Source: Paludibacter sp. (GTDB taxonomy: Bacteria; Bacteroidota; Bacteroidia; Bacteroidales; Paludibacteraceae). Taken from it: a stretch of 64,000 nucleotides of DNA. Of the stretch, positions 9,364 to 19,498 are shown in pieces. Position 1 is the stretch's first letter, and each line of letters begins with the position of its first letter. The stretch spans positions 5,373 to 69,372 of the forward strand of contig WQYU01000001.1 of assembly GCA_009781075.1 (NCBI GenBank), in the 5' to 3' direction. Under the pieces are notes generated by a model. It was not told where the DNA came from and did not search any database. It saw only the letters and a program-made list of their open reading frames with translations. Position numbers and translations under genes: made by a program.

Positions 9364-9963
9364 ATGATTGATGACGAGATAAAAATACGTGTAATAGGGC
9401 TTGTTAATAATCAAACTACGCCAGGGACTTATGGACTCGTAATGGGAGAAGAGGATGGCAATCGCCGTTTTTCAATTCTAATTGGTGAGTCAGAAGCATT
9501 GTCTATTGCTTGGAAAATAAACAATAAAGTGCCACCACGACCTCTTACACACGACCTTATCAACAATTTGCTTATAACATTTGGTGCATCTCTCCAAAAA
9601 GTTGTGATTTTTGATATGGTAAATGAGGTTTTTTTTTCGGAGATGCACATTCAAAAAAGCGATGGTAATATTATTATTGTTGATGCTCGAACTTCGGATG
9701 CAGTTGCCCTGGCGGTACGAACCGAAAGTCCGATTTATATTATGCAGGAAATATTAAATATCGTAGGAATTGTTGTTACAAAAGATTCGGAATCTCAACA
9801 GACACCGCGAAGAAATTTCCCGGATAATTTGAGTGAAATTCAGGAAGACGATTTAAAATTGCTTACCTCAATGGAACTGCAATTGCTGCTTGAACGTGCC
9901 TTGAAAGACGAACTTTACGAACTTGCTATTTTAATTAGAAATGAAATTAATAGTAGAAATTAA
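9364..9963 (+). CDS. Bifunctional nuclease family protein (DUF151) with a C-terminal UVR-like helix
   Basis: GLVMGEEDGNRRFSILIGESEALSIA...PRPLTHDL is the DUF151 signature. The C-terminal ELQLLLERALKDELYELAILIRNE resembles a UVR motif. Confidence 0.82.
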   Translation: MIDDEIKIRVIGLVNNQTTPGTYGLVMGEEDGNRRFSILIGESEALSIAWKINNKVPPRPLTHDLINNLLITFGASLQKVVIFDMVNEVFFSEMHIQKSDGNIIIVDARTSDAVALAVRTESPIYIMQEILNIVGIVVTKDSESQQTPRRNFPDNLSEIQEDDLKLLTSMELQLLLERALKDELYELAILIRNEINSRN

Positions 9964-9989
9964 ATTTAATATTTAATAAATTTTATACC

Positions 9990-11297
9990 ATGAAAATAAA
10001 ACTGACAATAATGAATTTTCTCCAATTTTTTGTTTGGGGAGCGTGGATGATGACCCTTGCACATTACGGCTTTGTGGACAAGGGCTGGGGTGGTACGATG
10101 TTTGGGTTGGTGTTTTCCACAATGGGATTTGCATCGCTTATTATGCCTACATTGTTTGGAATTATTGCCGACAAATGGAAGGCAAATTATGTTTATGCCA
10201 TTTTGCACCTTTTATTTGGTGCAACAATGTGTTTTTTGCCGTTGATTGACGCACCTTCAACATTTTTCTGGGTGCTTTTGGTGGCAATGTGTTTTTATAT
10301 GCCAACTCTTGGCTTGAATAACGCTATCGGTTTTAATATTTTGAAAGACAAAGGGAAAGACCCGATAAAAGATTTTCCGCCGATTAGGGTTTGGGGAACT
10401 ATCGGCTTTATCGCTGCAATGTGGCTGACAAACTACTTTACAAAAGATTGGGGATTGGGATACAGCATAAGGGTTTCATTTATTATTTCTGCTGTCGGAG
10501 CGTTTTGTTTGTCGCTTTATTCATTTATTTTGTTGCCTACAATAAAAAAAGAGGAAAAAACTCCTCAAAAACAGTCGTTTATCGAAAAACTTGGATTGCA
10601 GGCATTCGTTTTGTTCAAACAGAAGAAAATGGCGATTTTCTTTATTTTCAGTTTATTGCTTGGTGGGGCATTGCAATTGACAAACGCCTATGGAGACAGT
10701 TTTTTGCAAGACGCTAACGTTTTCTCCAAAGAAAGTATTATCAATCAATTATCTACCATAATTCTTTCCATTTCGCAGATTTCGGAAACACTGTTTATTT
10801 TGGCGATACCGTTTTTTATGAAAAAATTTGGTATAAAAAAGGTGATGCTTTTCAGTATGATTGCGTGGGTGCTGCGTTTTGGACTGCTCGGCTTTGCAGA
10901 AAATTCAGGGTTTGGTTTCAGTTTAATTGTCATTTCGTGCATCGTTTATGGAATGGCGTTTGATTTTTTCAATATTTCCGGAGCATTGTTTGTAGAAAAA
11001 AATACTGATTCCAAAATTCAATCGTCTGCACAAGGAGTTTTTATGCTAATGACAAATGGTATTGGCGCAGTTTTGGGCAATCTTATTGCAGGTAAAGTTA
11101 TTGAAATATGGTTTACAATAAAAGAAGCAGGCGTTATTGTTAATGGAAGAACAACGGATATAATTCATTGGAACTTGCCGAAAATACCAAATGTTTGGTT
11201 TGTTTTTGCCGCCTATGCGCTCGTTGTTGCAATTTTGTTTGCCTTTATTTTCAAATATAAACACAACCCCAATGAAATTGGGGAGATAAAGCATTGA
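9990..11297 (+). CDS. Nucleoside permease, NupG/XapB-like MFS transporter
   Basis: N-terminus MKIKLTIMNFLQFFVWGAWMMTL, about 12 TM helices, 435 aa. Confidence 0.82.
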   Translation: MKIKLTIMNFLQFFVWGAWMMTLAHYGFVDKGWGGTMFGLVFSTMGFASLIMPTLFGIIADKWKANYVYAILHLLFGATMCFLPLIDAPSTFFWVLLVAMCFYMPTLGLNNAIGFNILKDKGKDPIKDFPPIRVWGTIGFIAAMWLTNYFTKDWGLGYSIRVSFIISAVGAFCLSLYSFILLPTIKKEEKTPQKQSFIEKLGLQAFVLFKQKKMAIFFIFSLLLGGALQLTNAYGDSFLQDANVFSKESIINQLSTIILSISQISETLFILAIPFFMKKFGIKKVMLFSMIAWVLRFGLLGFAENSGFGFSLIVISCIVYGMAFDFFNISGALFVEKNTDSKIQSSAQGVFMLMTNGIGAVLGNLIAGKVIEIWFTIKEAGVIVNGRTTDIIHWNLPKIPNVWFVFAAYALVVAILFAFIFKYKHNPNEIGEIKH

Positions 11298-11356
11298 TAT
11301 TCAGCATAATATTAATTTTGTAAATATTTTTTCCCAATTAACAAAAAACATTTCCG

Positions 11357-12142
11357 ATGCAAAATTTACAAATCATTAAAAATCAGTTAGATAAGTACGT
11401 TGAAAAATTCAACACGCTTGAATTTATTGACAGCGACCCGATTCAGATTCCACATAGATTTTCTATGAAAGAAGACATTGAGATTTCAGGGTTTTTGGCG
11501 GCAACCATCGCTTGGGGGCAACGTAAGTCAATAATTAAAAATGCTCTGCGGCTGATGGACTTGATGGACAATTCGCCTTACGATTTTTTATTAAATTCTA
11601 ATGAAAATATTGATTGGCAACGATTTACAAATTTTGTTCACCGTACTTTCAATGGCGAAGACTGTTTGTTTTTTATTAAATCTTTGAAAAATATTTATCT
11701 CAAACACAACGGATTAGAAGAGGTTTTTGCGCTCGGCTTTGAAAAAACAAAAACCATTTATGATTCTTTAAAATTTTTTCGTTCCGTTTTCTTGGAAGTT
11801 CCGCACAATCAGCGTGTTGAAAAGCATTTATCGGATGTTTCCGGTGGCTCGGCAGCAAAGCGTCTGAATATGTTTTTGCGATGGATGGTACGCTCCGACT
11901 GTGCAGGAGTTGATTTTGGTATTTGGAAAAAAATTCCGAAATCGGCGTTAATGTTGCCGCTTGATGTTCATTCCGGCAATGTTGGGCGGGCTTTTGGGCT
12001 GCTCACACGCAAACAAAACGACTGGAAAGCAGTGGAAGAAATTACCAAAGTTTTGCGTTCTTTTGATTCCGCTGACCCAATTAAATACGATTTTGCACTG
12101 TTTGGAGCGGGTGTGTTCGGCGAAATTAACGAAAAATATTAA
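11357..12142 (+). CDS. TIGR02757/DUF2400 family protein
   Basis: FLAATIAWGQRKSII, RLNMFLRWMVR and LPLDVHSGNV are motifs I recognise from this family. Confidence 0.75.
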   Translation: MQNLQIIKNQLDKYVEKFNTLEFIDSDPIQIPHRFSMKEDIEISGFLAATIAWGQRKSIIKNALRLMDLMDNSPYDFLLNSNENIDWQRFTNFVHRTFNGEDCLFFIKSLKNIYLKHNGLEEVFALGFEKTKTIYDSLKFFRSVFLEVPHNQRVEKHLSDVSGGSAAKRLNMFLRWMVRSDCAGVDFGIWKKIPKSALMLPLDVHSGNVGRAFGLLTRKQNDWKAVEEITKVLRSFDSADPIKYDFALFGAGVFGEINEKY

Positions 12143-12208
12143 TATACACTGCGATAAATTGCACGATTTTTGATATAATTTGCATTTTGCAAAAAAATTT
12201 ATGTTCTG

Positions 12209-13159
12209 ATGAAACTTATTGATTTTAAAAATATTAATGAAATAATTCCACCTTCTGCCGCAACAATCGGATTTTTTGACGGCTTGCACAAAGGGCATAA
12301 ATTTTTGTTGAATCAGTTAGTTAAATATGCGTCTTCCAAAGAATTAAAATCGATGGTGATTACCTTTGGCGAACATCCAAACAAGTTTTTGCAATCGCAA
12401 CCTACAAAAAAACTGCTCACAACTTTTGATGAAAAAATTGAGATATTATCCGAACTGAACATTGATTATTGTGTGGTTTTGGATTTTACTCAAGAGATTA
12501 GCAAACTTTCTGCTGCCGATTTTATGCGCCTGATTCACACAAAGTTATCTGTCGATTTATTGTTTGTTGGATACGACCATCGCTTTGGACACAATCGCCT
12601 CGAAACATTTGATGATTACAAAAAATACGGGAATGACATTGGGATGCAAGTTATTCAAATTCAGCCGTTTATAATGGGTAAAGGACTTGATGTCAGTTCG
12701 TCAAAAATTCGTCATCTGATTGAACACGGTAATATTGAAACGGCAAATAATCTGCTGGGTTACAATTATTTTTTTTCGGCACGGGTTGTTCACGGGCTTC
12801 AAATCGGAAGTACTATCGGTTTTCCAACGGCTAATCTGAAACTTCCTTCTCAAGACAAAGTGATGCCCATTCAAGGTGCTTATTATGTGAATATTACATT
12901 TGAAAACAACGTCTATGATGCAATGATGAATATTGGCTACAATCCTACACGAGGGTCTTCTACTGAAAAAGATCCGGTGAAAACAATTGAGGTTAATATT
13001 TTTGAATTTTCAGAAAATATTTATGATAATATATTGAAAATTAGTTTTTTTAATAAGATTCGTGACGAAATTAAATTCACATCAATGGAATGTTTAAAAC
13101 AGCAATTAATACAAGATAAACAACAATGTTACGCATTTAGAAACCAAAAAAGAATATAA
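12209..13159 (+). CDS. ribF: Bifunctional riboflavin kinase / FAD synthetase
   Basis: N-terminal GFFDGLHKGH nucleotidyltransferase motif and C-terminal GFPTANL riboflavin kinase motif. Confidence 0.92.
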   Translation: MKLIDFKNINEIIPPSAATIGFFDGLHKGHKFLLNQLVKYASSKELKSMVITFGEHPNKFLQSQPTKKLLTTFDEKIEILSELNIDYCVVLDFTQEISKLSAADFMRLIHTKLSVDLLFVGYDHRFGHNRLETFDDYKKYGNDIGMQVIQIQPFIMGKGLDVSSSKIRHLIEHGNIETANNLLGYNYFFSARVVHGLQIGSTIGFPTANLKLPSQDKVMPIQGAYYVNITFENNVYDAMMNIGYNPTRGSSTEKDPVKTIEVNIFEFSENIYDNILKISFFNKIRDEIKFTSMECLKQQLIQDKQQCYAFRNQKRI

Positions 13160-13183
13160 TCTTTTACAAACAAAGTTTTATAT

Positions 13184-14518
13184 ATGTTAAAATTTTTAAA
13201 GTCACTATATTTTAATAATCGTTTTTTTCTAATTTTATTGTGTTTTACAGCGGCTTTTGTTGTTGCGTATATTTTTCCTTTGCTTTTTATTGTTATAAAA
13301 TTCGCTTTCATGGGCTTTGTATTGCTGTTTTTGGCAGACATTTTTTTACTTTATATTATAAAAAATGGCATTAGCGCAGACCGACTTCTACCTGAAAAAT
13401 TCAGTAATGGCGATGACAATCCTGTTCATATTTCTTTCTCAAATAATTATTCTTTTCCTTTGAAAATCAGAGTGATAGATGAAATTCCTCATCAATTTCA
13501 AATTCGTGATTTTCATTTTGAAATAACCTTAAAATCTGCTCAAACAAAGGACTATGTTTATAATATTCGTCCAACTCAACGTGGTGTGTATCAGTTTGGT
13601 AAGTTAAATATTTATGCTCAAACAATATTATCTCTTATTTCTCGCAGATATATTTTTTGTGAGAATAAAGATATTGCAGTTTATCCGTCTTTTTTACAAC
13701 TTCACAAATACGATTTGCGTGCAATTCACAATAAACTAACCGATTACGGACTCAAACGTATTCGCCGACTTGGGCATACAATGGAATTTGAACAGATAAA
13801 AGATTATGTTTCCGGAGATGATATTCGCAATTTGAACTGGGAAGCCACCGCCAAACGTAACAAATTGATGGTAAATCAGTTTCAAGATGAACGCTCGCAG
13901 CCAATTTATAGTGTCATCGACAAGGGACGCATAATGATGATGCCCTTTGGCGGGCTTTCTTTACTTGATTATGCAATAAATTCTGCGCTCGTGATTTCCA
14001 ATGTTGCGCTGCAAAAAAACGACAAAGCAGGGATTTTTACTTATTCTCGAAAAGTTGAAAATCGCATTCCTGCCGAACGGCGTAAAGCACAAATACACAA
14101 TATTTTGGAAACATTATACAATATAAGAACCGATTTTGCAGAAAGCGATTTTGGGAGGTTATATACCGATGTGCGCCGCAACATTTCGCAGAGAAGTTTG
14201 TTGTTGCTTTACACAAATTTTGAAAACAGAGACTCGCTGCAACGTCAACTACCTTACCTTATGGCAATTGCGAAAATGCACCTGCTTGTTGTTATTATTT
14301 TTAAAAATGTGGAACTAAAAAAATTGACAGAAACAACTGCCACAACAACACGTGAAATTTATCAGAAAGTTATTGCCGAAAAATTTGATTTTGATAAATA
14401 TTTGATTATAAATGAATTGAAACGTTATGGGATTCAAACAATTCTGACCGAACCCGAAAATCTGACAATAAATACCATTAACAAGTATTTGGAATTAAAA
14501 GCACGAGGAGCGATATAG
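13184..14518 (+). CDS. DUF58 domain-containing protein
   Basis: Two N-terminal TM helices, then the REYxxGDDxRxIxW-like motif (KDYVSGDDIRNLNWEATAKRNKLMVNQF). Confidence 0.82.
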   Translation: MLKFLKSLYFNNRFFLILLCFTAAFVVAYIFPLLFIVIKFAFMGFVLLFLADIFLLYIIKNGISADRLLPEKFSNGDDNPVHISFSNNYSFPLKIRVIDEIPHQFQIRDFHFEITLKSAQTKDYVYNIRPTQRGVYQFGKLNIYAQTILSLISRRYIFCENKDIAVYPSFLQLHKYDLRAIHNKLTDYGLKRIRRLGHTMEFEQIKDYVSGDDIRNLNWEATAKRNKLMVNQFQDERSQPIYSVIDKGRIMMMPFGGLSLLDYAINSALVISNVALQKNDKAGIFTYSRKVENRIPAERRKAQIHNILETLYNIRTDFAESDFGRLYTDVRRNISQRSLLLLYTNFENRDSLQRQLPYLMAIAKMHLLVVIIFKNVELKKLTETTATTTREIYQKVIAEKFDFDKYLIINELKRYGIQTILTEPENLTINTINKYLELKARGAI

Positions 14519-14760
14519 GGAAACAGAATATTTTGAAAATGTTTTTGCTGTCAGAAAAAATTATAAAATTCTTACCTCTACAGCACCTTATTCCTTATTA
14601 AGGTATACAAAACATATAACTTATAACAGTTTTGCTGTTATAAAACACAAAACGCCATATAGAAATAATTACTTAAATCCGTGGGCTGAATGTGCTTAAA
14701 ATAATAATTGATAATTTTTAGCTATAAATTATTTGGGGAACCCATAGAGTTCAATGATTG

Positions 14761-14987
14761 TTAATAACCTGAGTTTTGGATAAGCAATTTTATAACATCT
14801 TGATATTCAATTTTATATTTGCCGTAGGCGATAAATATCAATAGAAAATATAATATTTCAGACCATATTTAGCCTGTATGGCTTTCATTGTGAATGTCCT
14901 AACGGACAAGATTTGTCGTCTGGAATTGTATTCTATTGATATGCAAGCCATAACGGGCTATCGCTTATCCAAAACTCAGGTTAATAA
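14761..14987. repeat. 227-bp imperfect palindrome (MITE-like element or structured RNA)
   Basis: 25-nt terminal inverted repeats ttaataacctgagttttggataagc / gcttatccaaaactcaggttaataa match at 24/25 with a 21-bp perfect core. A nested arm pair is atatcaatagaa / ttctattgatat. Confidence 0.7.
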
Positions 14988-15039
14988 GTTAATACAGTAT
15001 GCTTTTTAATACACTAAAAAATTTTTTATGCGTTTCCTT

Positions 15040-15510
15040 TTATTTAACCTTTTGCCCAACGGCTTTGCAGGTCATTTTGTCAATTTCCACAAGCCAAATT
15101 TTAACATTTCTTACAGCGGGAATAGAAAATTCAAATTGATTGTTGGAATAATGAGCACATAAAGCATTTAGATACTTAATTTTATCATTTTCATTTTCTA
15201 CAAAACTCACAATGCCGTTGCATACCACACTCACCGCTTCGGTTCTGTAACTGCATGCAACAAGAGGATGTTGCCAGCGCAAATCAACACCATAATTCAT
15301 GGCAATACAGACACGATTATTTAGGGCAAGATACTGCAAGTGAGTGCCTTCAGGTGCAGAGTGTAATACAATTCTTCCATCAATATAACCAAAATTCATC
15401 GGCAAAACATAAGGCATTCCATCAGTAGAGACCATAGAAACAAAGCAAATTTCACACTTGGAGATTATTTGTTCAATTTCAGATTTGTCGGTAATAAAAT
15501 AAGTGCGCAT
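15040..15510 (-). CDS. Pyridoxamine 5'-phosphate oxidase family (FMN-binding split barrel) protein
   Basis: 156 aa. GMPYVLPMNFGYIDGRIVLHSAPEG matches the Pyridox_ox_2-type pattern. Confidence 0.8.
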   Translation of the reverse strand: MRTYFITDKSEIEQIISKCEICFVSMVSTDGMPYVLPMNFGYIDGRIVLHSAPEGTHLQYLALNNRVCIAMNYGVDLRWQHPLVACSYRTEAVSVVCNGIVSFVENENDKIKYLNALCAHYSNNQFEFSIPAVRNVKIWLVEIDKMTCKAVGQKVK

Positions 15511-15562
15511 CCTGGAATATTGTTGATATTATAGTTTTGATTATCAAAAAATTTCATGAAAT

Positions 15563-16144
15563 TCACTTTTTCGCAAATGATTTGATTTTATTGTCAATTT
15601 TTGCATAAATTTCTTCGATAGTTCCTATACCTTCAATGCTGTGATATAATTGTTTTGTTTTGTAAAAGTTGCTGATTGGCTGCGTTTTAGCATAATAAAC
15701 CTTCAGGCGTTCTTTAATTGTTTCAAGGTTATCATCTTTTCTGCCCTGAATTTGTCCGCGTTTAAGAAGGCGGTCAATTAATTCCGTTTCATCTACGTGA
15801 ATATCAAGGAAAAGCGAAATTTTTTTGCCGGTTCGCTCAAAAATATCATCTAATGCCTGCGCTTGTTCCACTGTTCTGGGAAAACCATCCAAAATCAGTC
15901 CGTTGTACGAATCATCTATTTTCAAAATTGCATTTGAAATCACGTCAATCATCAGTTGGTCAGGTACATAAGCACCTGTACTTACAAGTTTTTCCACTTG
16001 ATTTCCAAGTTCTGTTCCCGCAGCAATTTCTGCACGTAGCATATCGCCGGTAGAAAGATGTCTGAGGTGAAAATTTTTGACGATTAAGTCACTTTGAGTA
16101 CCTTTGCCCGAACCAGGGGCACCGCTAATTATTATATTGATCAT
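15563..16144 (-). CDS. adk: Adenylate kinase
   Basis: I start the gene at the internal ATG, giving MINIIISGAPGSGKGTQ (P-loop). LILDGFPRT and the short lid are also present. Confidence 0.95.
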   Translation of the reverse strand: MINIIISGAPGSGKGTQSDLIVKNFHLRHLSTGDMLRAEIAAGTELGNQVEKLVSTGAYVPDQLMIDVISNAILKIDDSYNGLILDGFPRTVEQAQALDDIFERTGKKISLFLDIHVDETELIDRLLKRGQIQGRKDDNLETIKERLKVYYAKTQPISNFYKTKQLYHSIEGIGTIEEIYAKIDNKIKSFAKK

Positions 16145-16222
16145 AAAAATAAAAATTTTATCGACCGCAAATATAGATAAAATTTTTGAATTACACACAG
16201 ACGAATAAAAATTTTATTCCAA

Positions 16223-16447
16223 CTATTGCAATGTGAAATAATCCCAAAATGTCCATCTAGGATAATTGTTAACAAATATTTAATTTTCTAATGGACACCA
16301 TTAGAAAATATTATCTGTAATGAATTGATAATTAGCGCATAATTTTACATTAATTGTTCAAAAACACGAGAAATAAATGTTAATAATGTTTAATTTAACA
16401 TTTGAGGTCCTAATGGACATTTTGGGATTATTTCACATTGCAAGTAG
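16223..16447. repeat. 225-bp palindromic element with 31-bp perfect terminal inverted repeats
   Basis: ttgcaatgtgaaataatcccaaaatgtccat (16226-16256) is the exact reverse complement of 16413-16443. An internal perfect 11-bp hairpin is ttttctaatgg-aca-ccattagaaaa. Confidence 0.78.
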
Positions 16448-16728
16448 AGTCAACTTCTTTTTTTGATATTGTTTTATAAAATTGTCTCTTTCAGTAGTAT
16501 TTGTAATTGATACAAAAGTGCTATCTATTGTAAATAGGCATTGTGCATACACTCACATTTTTATTGTGCTGCAAGATAATCCATTCCATTGAAAATGAAA
16601 ACATTGGCGTATTTCTCAACATTTTCCTGAGAGTATTTTTGAAAAAGAATAGAATTTGACTCTTTCGTTTTTACATTGATATGCAATTTTTTTAAAAAAA
16701 AGTATCTAGTGTGTGTTATTTCACACGA

Positions 16729-18633
16729 TTAACTATTGAACCACATATTTTTCAAATTTTCTTGGTTGCAAATATCTTTTGCACCTTGTTGATAGAGTGC
16801 CTCAAGTCGGTCGGCATAGCGTTTTTCAACTTTTGCACGAACAATTTTCATGGTACTGTTCACAAGCCCGTTCTGCTCGGTAAATGGTTCTGCGATAATT
16901 GCCACTGCTGCCGGCAACCAGCGTTCGGGGAATTCACCTGCATGCAAACCGCCTTTTTTATATGCATCAATTTCACTCTGAATAAGTTTCAGCGCTGCAA
17001 TTTTACCTTCTTGTGTATCAAACGAAAGTCCTTGTTTTTTGAGATAACTTTTCAGTTGCTCTTTTTCGGGTACAATCAAAGCGGAAGTATATGGGCTTTG
17101 ATTATTGTACAAAACCACTTGGTCGATATACGGCGAGCCATCGCACAATGATTCCTCAATACCTTCAGGGCTGTATTTTTCACCGTCAGATGCTATCAGC
17201 AAACTCTTAAATCTACCCACAACATACAGGAAACCATCTTTGTCCATATAACCCATATCGCCGGTATAAAGCCAGCCGTCTTTTATGGTTTCGGCTGTGG
17301 CTTTCTCGTTTTTCCAATAACCGAGCATCACATTTTCTCCACGAACAACAATTTCTCCGTTTTGTCCCAGCGGCAATTCTTTGCCATCAGAATCGCAAAT
17401 TTTTAGTTCAAGATTTTCAACCAAAAAGCCCGATGAACCGAGTTTATGCTTGTCGAGCGAGTTTGCAGAAATAATTGGCGTTGCCTCCGAAAGTCCATAG
17501 CCCTGCAACATAGGAATGCCTATTGCATAAAAAAATCTTTGCAGTTCAATATCAAGTAGCGCTCCACCGCCGATAAAAAAATTTAAACGCCCTCCAAATG
17601 CCTCGCGTACTTTGGAGAAAAGAATTTTATCATATATTTTTAATAAAATTTTTGTGAAAGGATTTTTACTTTTATTATACCCTTCGCGGTTGAATTTATA
17701 AGCAGTTTTAAGCGCATTGTTAAAGAGTTTTACTGTAAATTCGCCTTTCTCTTTTATATTTGATTCAATATTTTTACGGAAATTTTTTGCCAGTGCAGGA
17801 ACACTCATAATTACCGTCGGGCGAAATTCTTTAATATTTTTAGGAATATTTTTCAATGCTTCGGCAGGAGTTTTTCCGCGCTGAACCGTTGCTACATTCG
17901 CACCAAAAGCCATAAAAGAATAAAATCCTGCAACGTGTCCAAAACAATGGTCGAGCGGAATAATAATCAGATTGCTGTCGTCATTTGTGATTTTCATCAG
18001 CGACATTGCCTGTTCTACGTTTGCGGTGTAATTTCGATGCGAGAGCATAATCCCTTTCGGGTCAGCGGTTGTTCCGGAAGTGTAACTGATGTTTGCAATA
18101 TCGTTTGGAGCAACGGCAGTTGCAATTTTTTCAATCTCTTGACGATTTTTATCTAACAAATTTTTACCGTCTGCCACCACTTTATCAAAAGAAATTTCTT
18201 TACTTTGCAGTTCTGCTTCCGGTTTGTCGAACACTATGACCGCCTGTATTTGCGGCAGGTCATTTATTATTGCACGAATTTTGCGCAGTTGAGTTCCGGA
18301 AACAATTACAAATTTGCTGTCGGAATGTTTAAGGCGAAATAATAAGTCGCTTACCTCTTCCAACTTAATAGAAAGCGGTACATTGACCGCTCCCAAATGC
18401 ACAATAGATAATTCTCCGATAATCCAGTTGTTGCATCCTTCTGCCAAAATAGCAAGTTTGTCATCTTTTTTCACACCCAGATTAAGCAGCCCCGATGCCA
18501 ACTGATATACCTGTTCTTTTGTTTGTTTGAAAGTTATCGGCTCAAATTTTTCACCTGTTTTTTCCCAAAGGAAAGTTTTTTCACTAAATTTTTCAACACT
18601 ATTGTTAAATAAATCAATAATTGTGGTTTTCAT
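16729..18633 (-). CDS. Long-chain fatty acid-CoA ligase (AMP-dependent synthetase)
   Basis: ISYTSGTTADPKGIMLSHRN AMP-binding motif, YGLSE and GDMGYMDKDGFLYVVGR. Confidence 0.9.
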   Translation of the reverse strand: MKTTIIDLFNNSVEKFSEKTFLWEKTGEKFEPITFKQTKEQVYQLASGLLNLGVKKDDKLAILAEGCNNWIIGELSIVHLGAVNVPLSIKLEEVSDLLFRLKHSDSKFVIVSGTQLRKIRAIINDLPQIQAVIVFDKPEAELQSKEISFDKVVADGKNLLDKNRQEIEKIATAVAPNDIANISYTSGTTADPKGIMLSHRNYTANVEQAMSLMKITNDDSNLIIIPLDHCFGHVAGFYSFMAFGANVATVQRGKTPAEALKNIPKNIKEFRPTVIMSVPALAKNFRKNIESNIKEKGEFTVKLFNNALKTAYKFNREGYNKSKNPFTKILLKIYDKILFSKVREAFGGRLNFFIGGGALLDIELQRFFYAIGIPMLQGYGLSEATPIISANSLDKHKLGSSGFLVENLELKICDSDGKELPLGQNGEIVVRGENVMLGYWKNEKATAETIKDGWLYTGDMGYMDKDGFLYVVGRFKSLLIASDGEKYSPEGIEESLCDGSPYIDQVVLYNNQSPYTSALIVPEKEQLKSYLKKQGLSFDTQEGKIAALKLIQSEIDAYKKGGLHAGEFPERWLPAAVAIIAEPFTEQNGLVNSTMKIVRAKVEKRYADRLEALYQQGAKDICNQENLKNMWFNS

Positions 18634-18814
18634 AATATTAAATAAAATTAAAAACTAAAAAACATTTTTTCTACAATCATATTTAGGGGACTTCTAAAAA
18701 TTAGTTTTTTACATTTTGATTTTTCAAAGAGCTGAAGTCCGCTAAAACTCTACGAAAAATCATTCCAAAGTAAACCAATATTTTTAAGATAAACAACACT
18801 CTCATTGAAAATTT

Positions 18815-18841
18815 ATCTATCTATCTATCTATCTATCTATC
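18815..18841. repeat. (ATCT)n tetranucleotide microsatellite, about 6.75 units
   Basis: Read directly as atctatctatctatctatctatctatc. It lies inside the IS, between the left IR and the transposase stop codon. Confidence 0.95.
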
Positions 18842-18871
18842 ATTATTTTATTCATTATCAATACTATATAT

Positions 18872-19498
18872 CTAACATTTCATCGGCAAAAGATTAAGTC
18901 GTACAATCTGCTCATAACGACACATATTATAGACAAGATTTATCAGTCCAATGATACCTTTTGCACGCTTAAATCCTATTGACTGTATGTAAAAGTCATT
19001 CATACTATTGGTTACAAATCCAAAGGCGTGTTCAACCCTGCAACGGGTTTTGGATTTTATGTGATTATGCTCTTTTTGCTCTTCTTTAAGCGGTTTCACT
19101 TTAAATGCCCGTTCAATTATTTGTGGTATTATTCCTTTGTCATTTAGTACTTTTTCTATTGGCTCTCCAATGTACGTGTCTGCGTGAAATTCCCGTCCTA
19201 TATCTTCATCCTTCAGCAACTTTTCCGTTGGCTGGCTATCGTGTACTTCCGCACTCGTAACTTCGTATGTGTCTATTAGTTTACTCTTTGTGTCTATCTT
19301 TGCGTGGTCTTTGTAGCCGTAATATTTCTCCCCATTCTTTTCTGTCCAGCGTGCATCAATATCCTTCTGACGTTTCTTGTAAGGTTGCTCATTCCATAAA
19401 GTATCGCCTTCTTTACTCTTCCTCTCATGTTTAAGCATATTATTCTTAAGTTCTATCCTAAATATTTCAAAATCAATTACTTTATGCAATTTTTCCAA
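18872..19498 (-). pseudogene. IS5-family DDE transposase, truncated (lacks the HTH region and the first catalytic Asp)
   Basis: It retains DARWTEKNGEKYYGYKDHAKID...VTSAEVHDS, FHADT and RCRVEHAF blocks. By my alignment from memory to E. coli IS5 InsH, about 110 aa between the N-terminal LSKLGNPLEKL... region and the DDE core are absent. The upstream ATG at about 19590 is in another frame. Confidence 0.65.
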
